Positions 1 through 9,540 are shown, counted from the first letter of the stretch. The stretch: DNA of 20,534 nt from a virus (IMGVR_UViG_2737471824_000003); one strand, 5' to 3'. A program made the numbers and translations. The notes: a model not told the origin generated them from the sequence alone.

Positions 1-282
1 TCAATAAATCCCATCATTGCGATCAACCTCATCCTTAACCATTGATGCGAGCAGTTCTTCCAGTTTCTGCGCTGACAGCTTTACCTGGTGATCTTCAGCA
101 TCTTCCCGGGCTATTGTGGTTCGCGCAGTGGCTGATTTTGCTGACATCACCACAGGGGGCAGACGGACCATTGAACCATGGCCTCCGGAACAAATAAGGG
201 CAAAAATAACAACCACTATCGAAAGCTCACAAACTAACCGCAGCACGTTCCTGTATACGACGTGTCTGCGGCATAATCCCAA
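1..282 (-). CDS. hypothetical protein (uncertain ORF; TTG-initiated 93 aa, or 56 aa from an internal ATG at 179)
   Basis: Complete ORF with TGA at 1-3. The track start is TTG and no strong SD precedes either candidate start. Lies distal to the tfa remnant. No recognisable motif. Confidence 0.2.
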   Translation of the reverse strand: MGLCRRHVVYRNVLRLVCELSIVVVIFALICSGGHGSMVRLPPVVMSAKSATARTTIAREDAEDHQVKLSAQKLEELLASMVKDEVDRNDGIY

Positions 283-451
283 TGATTACTCCCTGACAGG
301 ATTTGCAGGCCACTCAATATCAGGTGCAGTTGATGTATCAACACGATTCAACAATACCCGATATTTATTCCATGCCTCCAGCAACGATCTTTCTTCCGCC
401 GTTGCGATTTCCAGATCTACAGCATCCTGCAGTGGCGCAATATACTCACTG
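236..451. repeat. direct repeat copy A (~215 bp): 3' end of tfa plus its downstream hairpin
   Basis: Aligns by eye at high identity with 1286-1500 (aaccgcagcacgttc...gcgcaatat[a/g]ctcactg). The sequence diverges immediately 5' of this block. Confidence 0.75.
238..271 (-). terminator. degenerate stem-loop (copy of the tfa-distal hairpin)
   Basis: ccgcagcacgt...acgtg-t-ctgcgg: same arms as the 1288-1320 hairpin but with a one-base bulge. Confidence 0.3.
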
Positions 452-555
452 AATTCCTGGATGTAGAACTGTGTGGTGACGGTCTTCCAGCCATTCGGCT
501 CCTGCTGTATCGAAGCATACCAGGCTATTTCAATATCGCTATGCTGCGGCAGCAT
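286..555 (-). CDS. tail fiber assembly protein paralog, short form (89 aa; Tfa C-terminal domain with divergent N-terminus)
   Basis: C-terminal ~50 aa ([44 protein letters not shown]) nearly identical to the C-terminus of the full tfa at 1335-1919. ATG at 555 is preceded by aaggggttaa. Could be a functional short Tfa or a module-exchange remnant. Confidence 0.55.
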   Translation of the reverse strand: MLPQHSDIEIAWYASIQQEPNGWKTVTTQFYIQEFSEYIAPLQDAVDLEIATAEERSLLEAWNKYRVLLNRVDTSTAPDIEWPANPVRE

Positions 556-611
556 TTAACCCCTTGTAATTCATCGCCATAATTGATTTAATTCACAAAT
601 AAAACTATAAC

Positions 612-1280
612 ATGGTGAAATTAATGAAAAAAAACACAGATGATGGGGCTAAAATTTACACACCACTTACCCTAAAGCTTTATGACTGGTGGGTTTTGGG
701 AGTATCAAATTGGCTTGCATGGGGATGTCCTACAAAGGAACACCTTCTTCCACACTTTCTGGAACATTTAGGTAACAACCATCTGGATATTGGTGTTGGA
801 ACTGGGTTTTACCTTACTCACGTACCTGAGAGTAGTCTGATATCTTTAATGGATTTGAACGAAGCTAGCCTGAACGCGGCATCTACAAGGGCTGGGGAAT
901 CAAAAATTAAACATAAAATTAGCCATGATGTTTTTGAACCTTATCCCGCGGCGTTACATGGTCAATTTGATTCCATTTCCATGTTTTACCTTCTTCACTG
1001 CCTGCCTGGAAATATAACTACAAAAAGCTGTGTAATACGCAATGCGGCGCAGGCCTTAACTGACGATGGAACTCTATACGGAGCCACAATTCTTGGCGAT
1101 GGAGTTGTGCACAATAGCTTCGGTCAAAAACTGATGCGCATTTACAATCAGAAAGGCATCTTTTCAAACACAAAAGATTCCGAAGAAGGCTTAACACATA
1201 TACTCTCAGAGCATTTCGAGAATGTTAAAACCAAGGTTCAAGGTACTGTAGTAATGTTTTCCGCTTCAGGGAAAAAATAG
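612..1280 (+). CDS. class I SAM-dependent methyltransferase, 222 aa (possible start at ATG 624); AT-rich moron
   Basis: Motif I LDIGVGTGFYL (hh-D-h-GxGxG) followed by an acidic beta-2 end (LMDLNE), i.e. a Rossmann-fold MTase. No DPPY/NPPY or PCQ motif, so not an obvious DNA MTase. Markedly AT-rich relative to the flanking tfa/stf, opposite strand to the tail genes, and bracketed by the duplicated tfa 3' segment and hairpins. Confidence 0.8.
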   Translation: MVKLMKKNTDDGAKIYTPLTLKLYDWWVLGVSNWLAWGCPTKEHLLPHFLEHLGNNHLDIGVGTGFYLTHVPESSLISLMDLNEASLNAASTRAGESKIKHKISHDVFEPYPAALHGQFDSISMFYLLHCLPGNITTKSCVIRNAAQALTDDGTLYGATILGDGVVHNSFGQKLMRIYNQKGIFSNTKDSEEGLTHILSEHFENVKTKVQGTVVMFSASGKK

Positions 1281-1285
1281 CATCC

Positions 1286-1500
1286 AACCGCAGCACGTTC
1301 TTGCTTAAGACGTGCTGCGGCATAATCCCAATGATTACTCCCTGACAGAGTTCGTAGGCCACTCAATATCAGGTGCAGTTGATGTATCAACACGGTTCAG
1401 CAACACCCGATACTTTTTCCAGGCTTCCAGCAATGAGGTTTCTTCCTCCGTTGCAATTTCCAGATCTGCAGCATCCTGAAGCGGCGCAATATGCTCACTG
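1286..1500. repeat. direct repeat copy B (3' end of intact tfa plus terminator hairpin)
   Basis: Partner of 236-451. Confidence 0.75.
1288..1320 (-). terminator. stem-loop downstream of tfa (11-bp perfect stem, 11-nt loop)
   Basis: ccgcagcacgt/acgtgctgcgg perfect inverted repeat immediately 3' of the tfa stop on the minus strand and 3' of the MTase stop on the plus strand. The T-tract is weak, so possibly bidirectional or Rho-assisted. Confidence 0.45.
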
Positions 1501-1919
1501 GCTACCTGCATCAGGTTGTTTTTTGTTTCTTCCGCCTCCCGGATCCGGAACAGTTTTTCTGCTTCCGTATCCTTCACCCAGGCTGTGCCGTTCCACTTCT
1601 GAAACTCCCCTTCCGGCGATAACCAGGTAACATTTTCCGGTAACGGACCGAGTTCAGAAATAAATAACTCGTCCCCTGACGCTACGTCATAAACCGTTTT
1701 CCCCCGATGGTCTTCAACGAGATGCCACGATGCCTCATCACTGTTGAAAACAGCCACAAAGCCAGCAGCAATATCTGGTGGTGCAATATCGGTACTGTTT
1801 GCTGGCAGACCTGTATGAGGCGGAATATATGCGTCACCTTCACCAATAAATTCATTAGTTCCGGCCAGCAGATTATAAATTTTTATGGTCCGTGCTTGTT
1901 CACTCATTCTGAATGCCAT
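1335..1919 (-). CDS. tfa: tail fiber assembly protein Tfa (194 aa)
   Basis: Near-identical from N to C terminus to the lambda Tfa as I recall it ([49 protein letters not shown]...), same length. The ATG overlaps the stf stop (TAATG). Confidence 0.95.
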   Translation of the reverse strand: MAFRMSEQARTIKIYNLLAGTNEFIGEGDAYIPPHTGLPANSTDIAPPDIAAGFVAVFNSDEASWHLVEDHRGKTVYDVASGDELFISELGPLPENVTWLSPEGEFQKWNGTAWVKDTEAEKLFRIREAEETKNNLMQVASEHIAPLQDAADLEIATEEETSLLEAWKKYRVLLNRVDTSTAPDIEWPTNSVRE

Positions 1920-4900
1920 TATGCAAGCCTCACAATATAGTTAAATGCGATGTTTTTGACGGTGTTTTCCGCGTTACCCGCAGCGTTAACGGTGATGGTG
2001 TGTCCATGTGAACCAATCGCAACGGAGTGCGTATGCGCACCAATACCTACAGTATGTGCATGTGCGCCAGAACTTGCTGCAGTACCAGACAGCGAGTGGG
2101 TATGAGCACCTGCTGACTGTGTCTGAATACGTTGATAATACGATCTATAGGAAGAAGTCTCCGGGCTTACTTGATACTGTGAATTCTGGACATAAGTGAA
2201 CCCACCGCCATCATAAAATGCTAACGCAGAACCGCCGCCTCCTGGCCAACGAATACCATTACCATGAGTATGAACACCGGCAGACCCCGTAGAGCCACTC
2301 AGACTGTGCGTATGCGCCCCGGTGTTATTCGTGGATTTAGTGCCGTAATCAAACGACGATGTGGTTTTCGTCCCTAAATCCGTACTGGATGCGCTGGCGC
2401 TGTGGGTGTGCGATTTAATGCCGTCCTGTTCCTGAGACAATACGGCCCGGCCACTGGCGGGTTTGCCCTTGATTGTCCAGCCGCGCATATCTGGAATAAC
2501 ACCTGAAGGATAGGCAATAGCCAGTTTCGGATATGCTGCCTTATCAAACGTCTGCCCCTGCATGATTGCATAACCTGCAGGTGGTGTATCTGATGGCCAC
2601 GGCAGCGGAACACCTGGCGGAAACGCTTCAATATTTGCCGAGCCGTCAAATTTTACGCCGTTAATTGTCCTTGCAGTTTGCAATTTGGTTGCTGTGCTTG
2701 CATTACCCGATAAAGATCCAGTGATACCACCACTCGCGTTTAATTTAGTTGCAATTGTAACATTGCCAGTATGGTTACTAATTATAAACGGCCTTAAGCT
2801 ATTGTGCGTACCAAGACTGTTACCCGAATCTGTCAACATAAAATATGTGTTTGATCCATCATTTCGGATAAAGAATCCATAGTTGCCATAGGCAATACGC
2901 AGACCATTTGCTGACCTTGAAATAACCTCACCAGCAGCAGTTAAACCACCTGAAAGAGTCCCTCCAGTTAATGCCAATGCCCCAATATTTGAAGGGGTCA
3001 ATGTGATATTTGCACTACCATCAAATGACACACCGTTAATCGTTCTGGCTGCCTGAAGTTTCGTGGCGGTCGCAGCATTACCTGTAGTGTTTTGATTACC
3101 GGTAGCGTTGACTCCAGGCAAGTTGATATCTGCCGATCCATCAAATGCCACGCCCCCAATCTTACGTGCTGTCTTGATCTTGGTCGCAGTATCTGCGTTT
3201 CCGGTCAAATTACCAGTAACACTACCACCAACTTTTAGTCCATTACCGATGGACACCAACCCTGATCTTAAGTTTATAGAGAATGGTCTTAATGAACCGA
3301 TGTCTCCATTTTCCCCCTCCCCTTCATTAGTCGGAATAAGATGAAGATGATCTTCGGAACGCCTAAAAATAAGGCCAAAGGCTTGGTTGAATATTCGAAG
3401 AGCATTTATCGTGCTGATTTTTAACTGCCCTCCCATTGTGTCGCCAGTTTTTTGAACTGAACTATCTTTAACAGTTTTAACTGCCTTTGGCGTTGCCGCC
3501 AGCTTTTCACTGGTGCTGTTTGTTGCACTGCTGAGCTGTACTATCCCCTTTTTCGTCGTGCTCGCATCCTCCAGCGCTACGGCGGATGCAATATCCTCTG
3601 CCCGTTTTGCTGCTGTCTCGGCGCGCGTTGCCGCGGATTCAGCAGCAACTTTGCTCTGAGATGCAGCCGTCGCACTGCCTGCCGCCTCTGATGCTTTCGT
3701 TGTTGCTGTCGTGGCACTACCTTTCGCTGCTGACGCTTGTCTGGTCGCCTCATCTTTTGAAGCAGACGCAGATGATGCCGATGACGCCGCTGAACTGGCT
3801 GACGATGCGGCTGCCGCCTTAGAGGAAGCAGCATTGTCTGCTGAAGTCTTTGCATTTGTTTCAGAGGTTTTTGCTGCAGAAGCAGACCTCGCTGCTGCAG
3901 TGGCTTGCTCAGTGGCTTTGCCAGCCTTCGTTGTGGCTGTTGAAGCGGATGATGCGGCGCTTTCTGCCGATTTTCCGGCGGCGGTGGCACTGGCTGAGGC
4001 CTGCCCGGCACTTGTTGACGCGGCACTGGCAGATAATGCAGCCGCTGTTTTTGAACCTGCCGCAGCTGAGGCGCTCTGTCCCGCTGCTGTTTCAGAAGAC
4101 TTAGCGTTCGTCTCGGACGTTTTTGCCGCCTTCGCGGAATTTCCTGCCGCCGTTGCCGAGGAAGCTGCACTACTGGCACTTGATGATGCATTCGTTTCTG
4201 AAGATTTCGCTGCCTCTTTTGAGGCCGCCGCACCCCGTGCCGAGGTGGCAGCTTCTGACGCCTTCGTGGTCGCTGTGGATGCAGAAGTGGCTGCCGATTT
4301 TTGTGATGCTGCGGCATTCGTTTCTGACGTTTTCGCGGCACTGGCGCTGGTAGCTGCCGCGCTTTTTGATGACTCTGCAGCAGCAGCACTTTTTGCTGCT
4401 TCACGGGCCTTTGTCGATGCCGTTCCTGCGCTGGAAGACGCTGACTGAGCCGACGACGCGGCCTGTCCGGCTGACGTGCTGGCGGCACGTGCTGAGGCTG
4501 CAGCATCGGTTGCATGAGTTGCCGCCTCGCTGGCTGATGCACTGGCATCGCTGGCTGATTTTTTCGCGGCTGCCGTATTCTGTGCAACCGCGGAGGCGTT
4601 ACGTGACACCTCTTCCACCATCTGCTCAAAGCGGCGCAGTGCCTCCGGTCGGACATCATCCTCCGTCATGGCACCGAGAAAATCATTCAGCGTACCTGGT
4701 CTGGAACCTTCATAGACGGTAATGGTCCCGGCATGTGAAGGCGGAAAACCTTCAACCAGCAGGGTGACGCTGTACTGACCATGCTCAACATCCATGCTGT
4801 AACGTCCGGCTTCATCCGGATTTTCAGAGGCCACCGTGTTCACCACCACCGTGCTGCTGGTTCGTCTGGCCTTCAGCACAATGGTGCAGTTCTGTACTGG

Positions 4901-4945
4901 TTTTCCTGTGCCATCTTTAAGCACGCCAGAAATTTTTACTGTCAT
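1919..4945 (-). CDS. stf: side tail fiber protein Stf (1008 aa)
   Basis: N-terminal ~120 aa match the lambdoid Stf N-domain ([21 protein letters not shown]...[14 protein letters not shown]). Followed by a ~330-aa Ala/Ser/Thr-rich low-complexity shaft, three tandem GNxxTATKLQxARTINGVxFDGSANI fibre repeats, and a His-rich C-terminus (GAHTHSLSG...[14 protein letters not shown]...NYIVRLA) typical of receptor-binding tips. Confidence 0.95.
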   Translation of the reverse strand: MTVKISGVLKDGTGKPVQNCTIVLKARRTSSTVVVNTVASENPDEAGRYSMDVEHGQYSVTLLVEGFPPSHAGTITVYEGSRPGTLNDFLGAMTEDDVRPEALRRFEQMVEEVSRNASAVAQNTAAAKKSASDASASASEAATHATDAAASARAASTSAGQAASSAQSASSSAGTASTKAREAAKSAAAAESSKSAAATSASAAKTSETNAAASQKSAATSASTATTKASEAATSARGAAASKEAAKSSETNASSSASSAASSATAAGNSAKAAKTSETNAKSSETAAGQSASAAAGSKTAAALSASAASTSAGQASASATAAGKSAESAASSASTATTKAGKATEQATAAARSASAAKTSETNAKTSADNAASSKAAAASSASSAASSASSASASKDEATRQASAAKGSATTATTKASEAAGSATAASQSKVAAESAATRAETAAKRAEDIASAVALEDASTTKKGIVQLSSATNSTSEKLAATPKAVKTVKDSSVQKTGDTMGGQLKISTINALRIFNQAFGLIFRRSEDHLHLIPTNEGEGENGDIGSLRPFSINLRSGLVSIGNGLKVGGSVTGNLTGNADTATKIKTARKIGGVAFDGSADINLPGVNATGNQNTTGNAATATKLQAARTINGVSFDGSANITLTPSNIGALALTGGTLSGGLTAAGEVISRSANGLRIAYGNYGFFIRNDGSNTYFMLTDSGNSLGTHNSLRPFIISNHTGNVTIATKLNASGGITGSLSGNASTATKLQTARTINGVKFDGSANIEAFPPGVPLPWPSDTPPAGYAIMQGQTFDKAAYPKLAIAYPSGVIPDMRGWTIKGKPASGRAVLSQEQDGIKSHTHSASASSTDLGTKTTSSFDYGTKSTNNTGAHTHSLSGSTGSAGVHTHGNGIRWPGGGGSALAFYDGGGFTYVQNSQYQVSPETSSYRSYYQRIQTQSAGAHTHSLSGTAASSGAHAHTVGIGAHTHSVAIGSHGHTITVNAAGNAENTVKNIAFNYIVRLA

Positions 4946-4958
4946 ACTTTTCCACCAA

Positions 4959-4992
4959 TAAAAAAAGCCCGCAGCAGTGACGCCACGGGCTT
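4959..4992 (-). terminator. Rho-independent terminator upstream of stf
   Basis: On the minus strand: aagcccg-(14-nt loop)-cgggctt followed by TTTTTT, lying between the terminase remnant and the stf RBS (ggtgga). Confidence 0.45.
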
Positions 4993-5169
4993 CAGGACAG
5001 TGTAACTTTACGTTTCCTCAAACGCAGTTCACCCCATAAGGTGGATGAACCTGCGTATCATAACAATATTTACAGAAGATAAATCGGCGTCTGTTGTCAG
5101 AAACGGTATCCGATACCAACAATAAATGCATCCGTTCGCCAGTCGCCACTACCGGAACCTTCATAAGCG

Positions 5170-5418
5170 TTATTCGGTGTAGGCTTCCACCAGTAACTCG
5201 AGTGCACGCGCATCAAGCTGAGAAATGATCCCTTCCGCATTCAGTTCTTCCGCCATTCGCCTGAACCAGTACTTCCCCTGCGACCCTAAATGTTGCGGAA
5301 TTTTAGGGAGACATTTTTCATCCTTTTTAGCGGTTTTTTTTGGGTCTTTAACGGGGCGCTTTGAGGGGTTGCCTCGTATCAAATGCAGGCGTGGCGGGGT
5401 TTTCAGGGGTCCTGACAT
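5170..5418 (-). pseudogene. terminase small subunit, P27 family, C-terminally truncated (82 aa)
   Basis: N-terminus carries the P27-family signature (..LIRGNPSKRPV..). Full-length members are roughly twice as long. The ORF ends ...LELLVEAYTE* about 220 bp upstream of stf, and no large terminase follows. Confidence 0.6.
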
Positions 5419-5565
5419 AATCGGTTTTACCTATCAATCATTTAATCACATTCCAAAAAAAAGTTTTCAAACCTGCGGCGATGCGAGGAAAGGTCAGGCG
5501 GCGGTACTGAGCAGCCAGGGTTGCAGAGATTTGACCTGCCCCTCCCCTACAGATGGGAACTGTTA

Positions 5566-5916
5566 TCAATTGATGCGTTCGCGCGCTGTTTTTGCTTTAT
5601 GACAGGGCCAGCACAGACTCTGCAGGTTACTGTCTGCATCCGTGCCACCATGAGCTTTCGGAATGATGTGGTCCACAGTTCTGGCTTCAACGGCTCTCCC
5701 ATTGCGCAGGCAGTTCTGACACAGATGATTATCACGCTTCAGTATGCGCGCACGTATGGCATCCCATTTCGAGCCATAGCCACGCTGGTGGCGGCTCAGT
5801 CCGCGTTGATGCTGTACCCATCCTTCGCCACGATGTTTATCGCAGTAACCAGAACTGTCTGTGGTTGTACCTGCACATCCACGCTTACGGCAGGCGCGTG
5901 GGATTCGTGGGGGCAT
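5566..5916 (-). CDS. HNH endonuclease (phage packaging-associated, HK97 gp74-like)
   Basis: C-terminal HNH motif DHIIPKAHGGTDADSNLQSLCWPCHKAKT plus Cys-rich zinc ribbon (CRKRGCAGTT..GYCDKH). Start placed at ATG 5916, which has GGAG 5 nt upstream; the track ORF extends to 6015 but lacks an RBS there. Sits immediately upstream of the P27 small terminase, the classic HNH-terS arrangement. Confidence 0.85.
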   Translation of the reverse strand: MPPRIPRACRKRGCAGTTTDSSGYCDKHRGEGWVQHQRGLSRHQRGYGSKWDAIRARILKRDNHLCQNCLRNGRAVEARTVDHIIPKAHGGTDADSNLQSLCWPCHKAKTARERIN

Positions 5917-6138
5917 ATGTACTCCAATGAAGAAGCCACCGACATAGCCTCCTCCATTCATAGTGAAACTATTTTCATCTACCCAGTAATGAATTCTTTG
6001 TAGAGTTGTGATCAATACAACTCACTAATGGAGAGGCTTGTCCAACACGTTGGACAAGTTTCCTGTTTGATTTACTGGACACTATAGAAGGACAGAATGC
6101 CTTCATCACTCGAATAACATCAATTAAGGAGGTTCAAC

Positions 6139-6261
6139 ATGTTTCATTCCACAAATCATCAGGCTGTAATTATGGCTGCATCAGCTTGTGCCACAGACCT
6201 TTTCCGCTTCACTTTGAGCCTGATTCATTTCTACCTGACCGGCTCGCCTCTATCTTTTTAA
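6139..6261 (+). CDS. small ORF (40 aa) with consensus Shine-Dalgarno, upstream of bor
   Basis: TAAGGAGGT 5 nt before the ATG. Product MFHSTNHQAVIMAASACATDLFRFTLSLIHFYLTGSPLSF has a hydrophobic C-terminus. Below the 60-aa cutoff of the ORF track. Confidence 0.3.
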   Translation: MFHSTNHQAVIMAASACATDLFRFTLSLIHFYLTGSPLSF

Positions 6262-6441
6262 TCCCCGCTTTATCCAAATTGCATTGCCAGAATGCCGACA
6301 ACAGACTGACATTCAAATCCTGACTACCTCCGATAGGCTGAGCATCCACCTATATAGTTTTAATTTTCATCAATCCATTTAACTATCGTTTAATTGTTGT
6401 CACATAGGATTCTGCCGTTTTTAACAATGCAGGATAATAAG

Positions 6442-6735
6442 ATGAAAAAAATGTTGTTTTCTGCCGCTCTGGCAATGCTTATTACAGGATGTGCTCAACA
6501 GACGTTTACTGTTGGAAACAAACCGACAGCAGTAACACCAAAGGAAACCATCACCCATCATTTCTTCGTTTCGGGAATTGGACAGGAGAAAACTGTTGAT
6601 GCAGCCAAAATTTGTGGCGGCGCAGAAAATGTTGTTAAAACAGAAACCCAGCAAACATTCGTAAATGGATTTCTCGGTTTTATTACTTTAGGCATTTATA
6701 CTCCACTGGAAGCGCGTGTGTATTGCTCACAATAA
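6442..6735 (+). CDS. bor: Bor/Iss-family outer-membrane lipoprotein (serum resistance), 97 aa
   Basis: Near-identical to lambda Bor as recalled (MKKML..ALA.LITGCAQQTFTV.NKP.AV.PKETITHHFFVSGIGQ.KTVDAAKICGGAENVVKTETQQTFVNG.LGFITLGIYTPLEARVYCSQ). Lipobox LITGC; AGGA RBS at 6432-6435. The track ORF starts upstream at 6394. Confidence 0.95.
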   Translation: MKKMLFSAALAMLITGCAQQTFTVGNKPTAVTPKETITHHFFVSGIGQEKTVDAAKICGGAENVVKTETQQTFVNGFLGFITLGIYTPLEARVYCSQ

Positions 6736-6745
6736 TTGCATGAGT

Positions 6746-6763
6746 TGCCCATCGATATGGGCA
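6746..6763. terminator. hairpin between convergent bor and Rz stops (candidate bidirectional terminator)
   Basis: tgcccat-cgat-atgggca perfect 7-bp stem located exactly between the bor stop (6733-6735) and the Rz stop (6767-6769). Confidence 0.35.
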
Positions 6764-6766
6764 GCT

Positions 6767-7228
6767 CTATCTGCACTGCTCATTAATATACTTCTGGGTT
6801 CCTTCCAGTTGTTTTTGCATAGTGATCAGCCTCTCTCTGAGGGTGAAATAATCCCGTTCAGCGGTGTCTGCCAGTCGGGGGCTGGTTGCATTATCCACGC
6901 CGGAGGCGGTGGTGGCTTCACGCACTGACTGACAGACTGCTTTGATGTGCAACCGACGACGACCAGCGGCAACATCAGCGCGCAGAGTTTCATTTTCAGC
7001 TTTCGCATTGGCTAATTCTCTCGAGTACTTTGCATCGAGTGCAGCAACATCACGCTGACGCTGCTGCATGTCAGCGATGGTGGCGATCGACTGCTTCAGC
7101 TCACTGACTTTTTTATCACGCTGTTCTTTGTAGGCGATGGCGTTATCACGGTAATGATTGACCGCCCACGACAGGCAGACGATGATGCAGATAACCAAAG
7201 CATAAATAATCGCGGCGACTCTGCTCAC
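6767..7228 (-). CDS. rz: i-spanin Rz (153 aa from GTG 7228; track ORF extends to TTG 7243)
   Basis: Matches lambda Rz (..[34 protein letters not shown]...[63 protein letters not shown]). The GTG start overlaps the endolysin stop (GTGA). Confidence 0.9.
   Translation of the reverse strand: MSRVAAIIYALVICIIVCLSWAVNHYRDNAIAYKEQRDKKVSELKQSIATIADMQQRQRDVAALDAKYSRELANAKAENETLRADVAAGRRRLHIKAVCQSVREATTASGVDNATSPRLADTAERDYFTLRERLITMQKQLEGTQKYINEQCR
6826..7008 (-). CDS. rz1: o-spanin Rz1 lipoprotein (60 aa), embedded in the +1 frame of Rz
   Basis: [55 protein letters not shown]: lipobox plus proline-rich core as in lambda Rz1; nested inside Rz. Confidence 0.9.
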   Translation of the reverse strand: MRKLKMKLCALMLPLVVVGCTSKQSVSQCVKPPPPPAWIMQPAPDWQTPLNGIISPSERG

Positions 7229-7758
7229 TGCTCTATCCCCCAACAGGCTAATGCGCTTTCCTGGTCACGACGAATAACCTGTCCATAGCAGTTATTTGAA
7301 CGTATGCGGCAATCGCGCCCACCATCTTTTATCCACCAGCGAATCGCCTCGCATGCGCCCTTACGATCACCGGCATTCAGCCGCTTATAAAACGTCGACG
7401 GGAAACACTTACCGGGGCCAATGTTATAGGGACAGAATGACGCTATACCCGCTTTTTGTGGTTCGGTCAGTAGTACTTTAATATTGCGCTCCACCCATGC
7501 CAGCGCCTTATCACGCTCAATGGCGTTGACCTGGTCGCATTTTTCCTTCGACAGTTTCATACCGGGAAAAACGGGTTTTCCATCCACTATCGTGGCACCC
7601 CGACAGATGGTCCAGATGCCGGACCCATCGCGGTATGCCGTTGTGTGGTTACCTTCTTTTTCATCCAGAAACTGGTCGAGAATATCAGGCGCGGGCGCAC
7701 CGACGGCAATCAGTGCCAGAACGGCAGCCGACAGGCCGTATCTGATTTTTGCGTTCAT
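7225..7758 (-). CDS. R: SAR endolysin (phage lysozyme, P21 R-like), 177 aa
   Basis: N-terminal signal-anchor-release segment ([18 protein letters not shown]) followed by the T4-lysozyme-like catalytic triad context (E..D..T: [22 protein letters not shown]). Directly followed by Rz/Rz1. Confidence 0.9.
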   Translation of the reverse strand: MNAKIRYGLSAAVLALIAVGAPAPDILDQFLDEKEGNHTTAYRDGSGIWTICRGATIVDGKPVFPGMKLSKEKCDQVNAIERDKALAWVERNIKVLLTEPQKAGIASFCPYNIGPGKCFPSTFYKRLNAGDRKGACEAIRWWIKDGGRDCRIRSNNCYGQVIRRDQESALACWGIEQ

Positions 7759-7821
7759 GGATATTTATCAGGATTTATCGGTTTCTGCCCACGGACAGGT
7801 TTATCTGTTCCGGTCAGTGAC

Positions 7822-8172
7822 TTAAGGTTGTGATTCCGGAGGAGTCTTCAGAGAACCAGTAATTCTTCCCGGTAGCTTTCCTTTGTAGGTTATCCATACA
7901 TTCTGCGCCTCTAAAATTACGGGGCGCTTTTCCGGCGACTGCTCATCCCCTTCACATAACCCGGCAGCAACATCCAGGAAGACCTGTCTGATGCTCATTC
8001 TGGCTGCTGCCTCATAAAACTCCAGCGCGGCACCTTCAACACGGTCCAGCGAGATGTCCAGGTCAAAAATTTCACCGTCAAAGCGTTTTTTGTCCCGCAA
8101 CGCTAAAGTTACCGTAACTTTATTCTCAAAATTGCGGATCCCTTTCACAATCAGTTCATAGTTTTGAGTCAT
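7822..8172 (-). CDS. hypothetical protein between holin and endolysin (possibly DUF1327/YdfR-like), 116 aa
   Basis: Complete ORF with ATG and an upstream GGGGAG. Its position matches ydfR in K-12 Qin (essQ-ydfR-rrrQ). Assignment is by position and vague sequence recollection only. Confidence 0.45.
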   Translation of the reverse strand: MTQNYELIVKGIRNFENKVTVTLALRDKKRFDGEIFDLDISLDRVEGAALEFYEAAARMSIRQVFLDVAAGLCEGDEQSPEKRPVILEAQNVWITYKGKLPGRITGSLKTPPESQP

Positions 8173-8176
8173 TGAA

Positions 8177-8392
8177 TTACTCTCCCCGTGCCGCCTTACG
8201 ACGGTCCTCTCTGATTTTGAAATACAGGTTAGTCAGATATGTCAGCAGCCCAAACAGCAGACTCCCCAGCACGCCTATTGCCGCCCACTGAGACGGGGAA
8301 ACCCTGTCCAGCAACTGCAGGAACCAGTAGCCCGTTCCCACCGCTGACGTGGTGTATGACACACCTGTTGTGATTTTTTCCATCTGGTCCAT
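8177..8392 (-). CDS. S: pinholin (phage 21 S21-like) with dual-start motif, 71/68 aa
   Basis: [71 protein letters not shown] closely resembles P21 S21. Two Met codons three codons apart (8392 and 8383), as in holin/antiholin pairs. The track ORF (to 8497) is over-extended upstream. Confidence 0.85.
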   Translation of the reverse strand: MDQMEKITTGVSYTTSAVGTGYWFLQLLDRVSPSQWAAIGVLGSLLFGLLTYLTNLYFKIREDRRKAARGE

Positions 8393-8699
8393 ACCCCGTC
8401 TCCCGTTATCCGGAAGCTGACAACAATAAAAAAGCCACCAGTTAACTACTGATGGCTCTGATAACTCATGCAAGCGTCTCAGACGATCCACTGACACTAC
8501 CGGTGAGTTTAACGATACCTTCCATTTGACTGGCTCACTTTTTATGATGATGCCGGTGTATTTATCTCCAGCACCAGACTTTCTATCTCAACGCCATACG
8601 TTGCATTTTTGGTAATATCCGTCAGCGTCAGTGCATTTAGTCCCACTGCCAGACCGTCTTTTATGGCCTGGAATGCCGGGCCAGTACGATGACGTAGTA

Positions 8700-8888
8700 T
8701 CACTCCGGCTCAGTTGCACCACTGACCACCACATCACCTTCTGCTGCAATCGCCTGCATCAGGGTATAAGGGGTTATGGCCACCGGACTACCAAACGGCT
8801 GCCAGCCCTCTTTCAGTTTATGTGTCAGCTTTTCCGCAAGATCTGACGGCGCCGCCGCCCTGACAACATCATAGTGTTTAAATGCCAT
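8700..8888 (-). CDS. DUF1737-like small protein (62 aa)
   Basis: MAFKHYDVVRAA.PSDLAEKL...KEGWQPFGSPV... pattern recalled from DUF1737 proteins that often sit near lambdoid lysis genes. Start taken at ATG 8888. Confidence 0.5.
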   Translation of the reverse strand: MAFKHYDVVRAAAPSDLAEKLTHKLKEGWQPFGSPVAITPYTLMQAIAAEGDVVVSGATEPE

Positions 8889-9148
8889 GGTTCTTTCCAC
8901 CATCTGAAAAATAATTCTTTAAAATACCTGACATGTAATACAGAAAAAACACAAAACCATACCTTAAATAAAAACTTGATTATCAAGCAGATATGCATGG
9001 ATAAACTACAAGACGAGATATAAACCACCCTGCATTTAAATAAACAATAAACAACATCAGAAAAATAATTCTGCTCTATGGTTTACATTCAAAAATATCA
9101 TTTATACTTTTCAGAACATCACCAGCAAGGCATAAACAAGGAAACTAA

Positions 9149-9484
9149 ATGAAGTGGATTGTGATTGATACAGTTATCCAGCCATCATGCGGAATATCTT
9201 TTTCAGTCATATGGAGTAAAGTAAAATTAATAATCTGGTATCAATCGGATGCTTTCTTACCTCCTGAAAGTATATTTACACTGACTCACACAGGTATCAT
9301 GCTCAATAACAAAGTGCTACCTGTAACCATTTACAACGTAGTACCATTCAATAAAACATTCTGGAATTTAATCAAAAACAGCCAGGAATGCCCTACAAAT
9401 ACAGATAACGTATTGAATGAATGCTTTAATAACCGTTGCATTCTGCAAATATGTCCTTATGGACTAAAACAACAAAGTCCATAA
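9149..9484 (+). CDS. hypothetical protein, 111 aa, AT-rich cargo gene with rare-codon bias
   Basis: ATG preceded by AAGGA (caaggaaactaaATG). Six Cys. Five AUA (rare Ile) codons among 111. On the strand opposite to the late operon, inside the AT-rich island between the tRNAs and the lysis genes. No recognisable family. Confidence 0.45.
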   Translation: MKWIVIDTVIQPSCGISFSVIWSKVKLIIWYQSDAFLPPESIFTLTHTGIMLNNKVLPVTIYNVVPFNKTFWNLIKNSQECPTNTDNVLNECFNNRCILQICPYGLKQQSP

Positions 9485-9518
9485 GGAGTTTACTCACATC
9501 TGACAAAATCAATATAAA

Positions 9519-9540
9519 CAGCCCCTCCGGAGAGGGGCTG
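9519..9540 (-). terminator. Rho-independent terminator (9-bp perfect stem, 4-nt loop, T-rich tail on minus strand)
   Basis: cagcccctc-cgga-gaggggctg. On the minus strand it is followed by TTTATATTGATTTT. Sits between the convergent cargo ORFs. Confidence 0.5.

Noticed and set aside
612-1280. Methyltransferase as a DNA (Dam/Dcm-like) methylase of a restriction-modification system
   Set aside because: No DPPY/NPPY or PCQ catalytic motif and no adjacent endonuclease. The fold signature is that of a small-molecule, RNA or protein class I MTase.
3577-4659. 360-aa minus-strand ORF and several plus-strand ORFs (3586-3822, 3711-4448, 3850-4104, 4123-4353, 4366-4722) inside stf
   Set aside because: Arg/Pro/Gln-rich or Ala-rich translations typical of off-frame reading through a GC-rich repetitive region. 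They are fully contained in the well-supported stf gene.
5521-6003. Plus-strand ORF of 160 aa, and the 5225-5602 ORF
   Set aside because: Antisense to the HNH endonuclease and terS genes, which carry clear motifs.
8631-8846. Plus-strand ORF of 71 aa
   Set aside because: Overlaps the DUF1737-like gene on the opposite strand; no start context.
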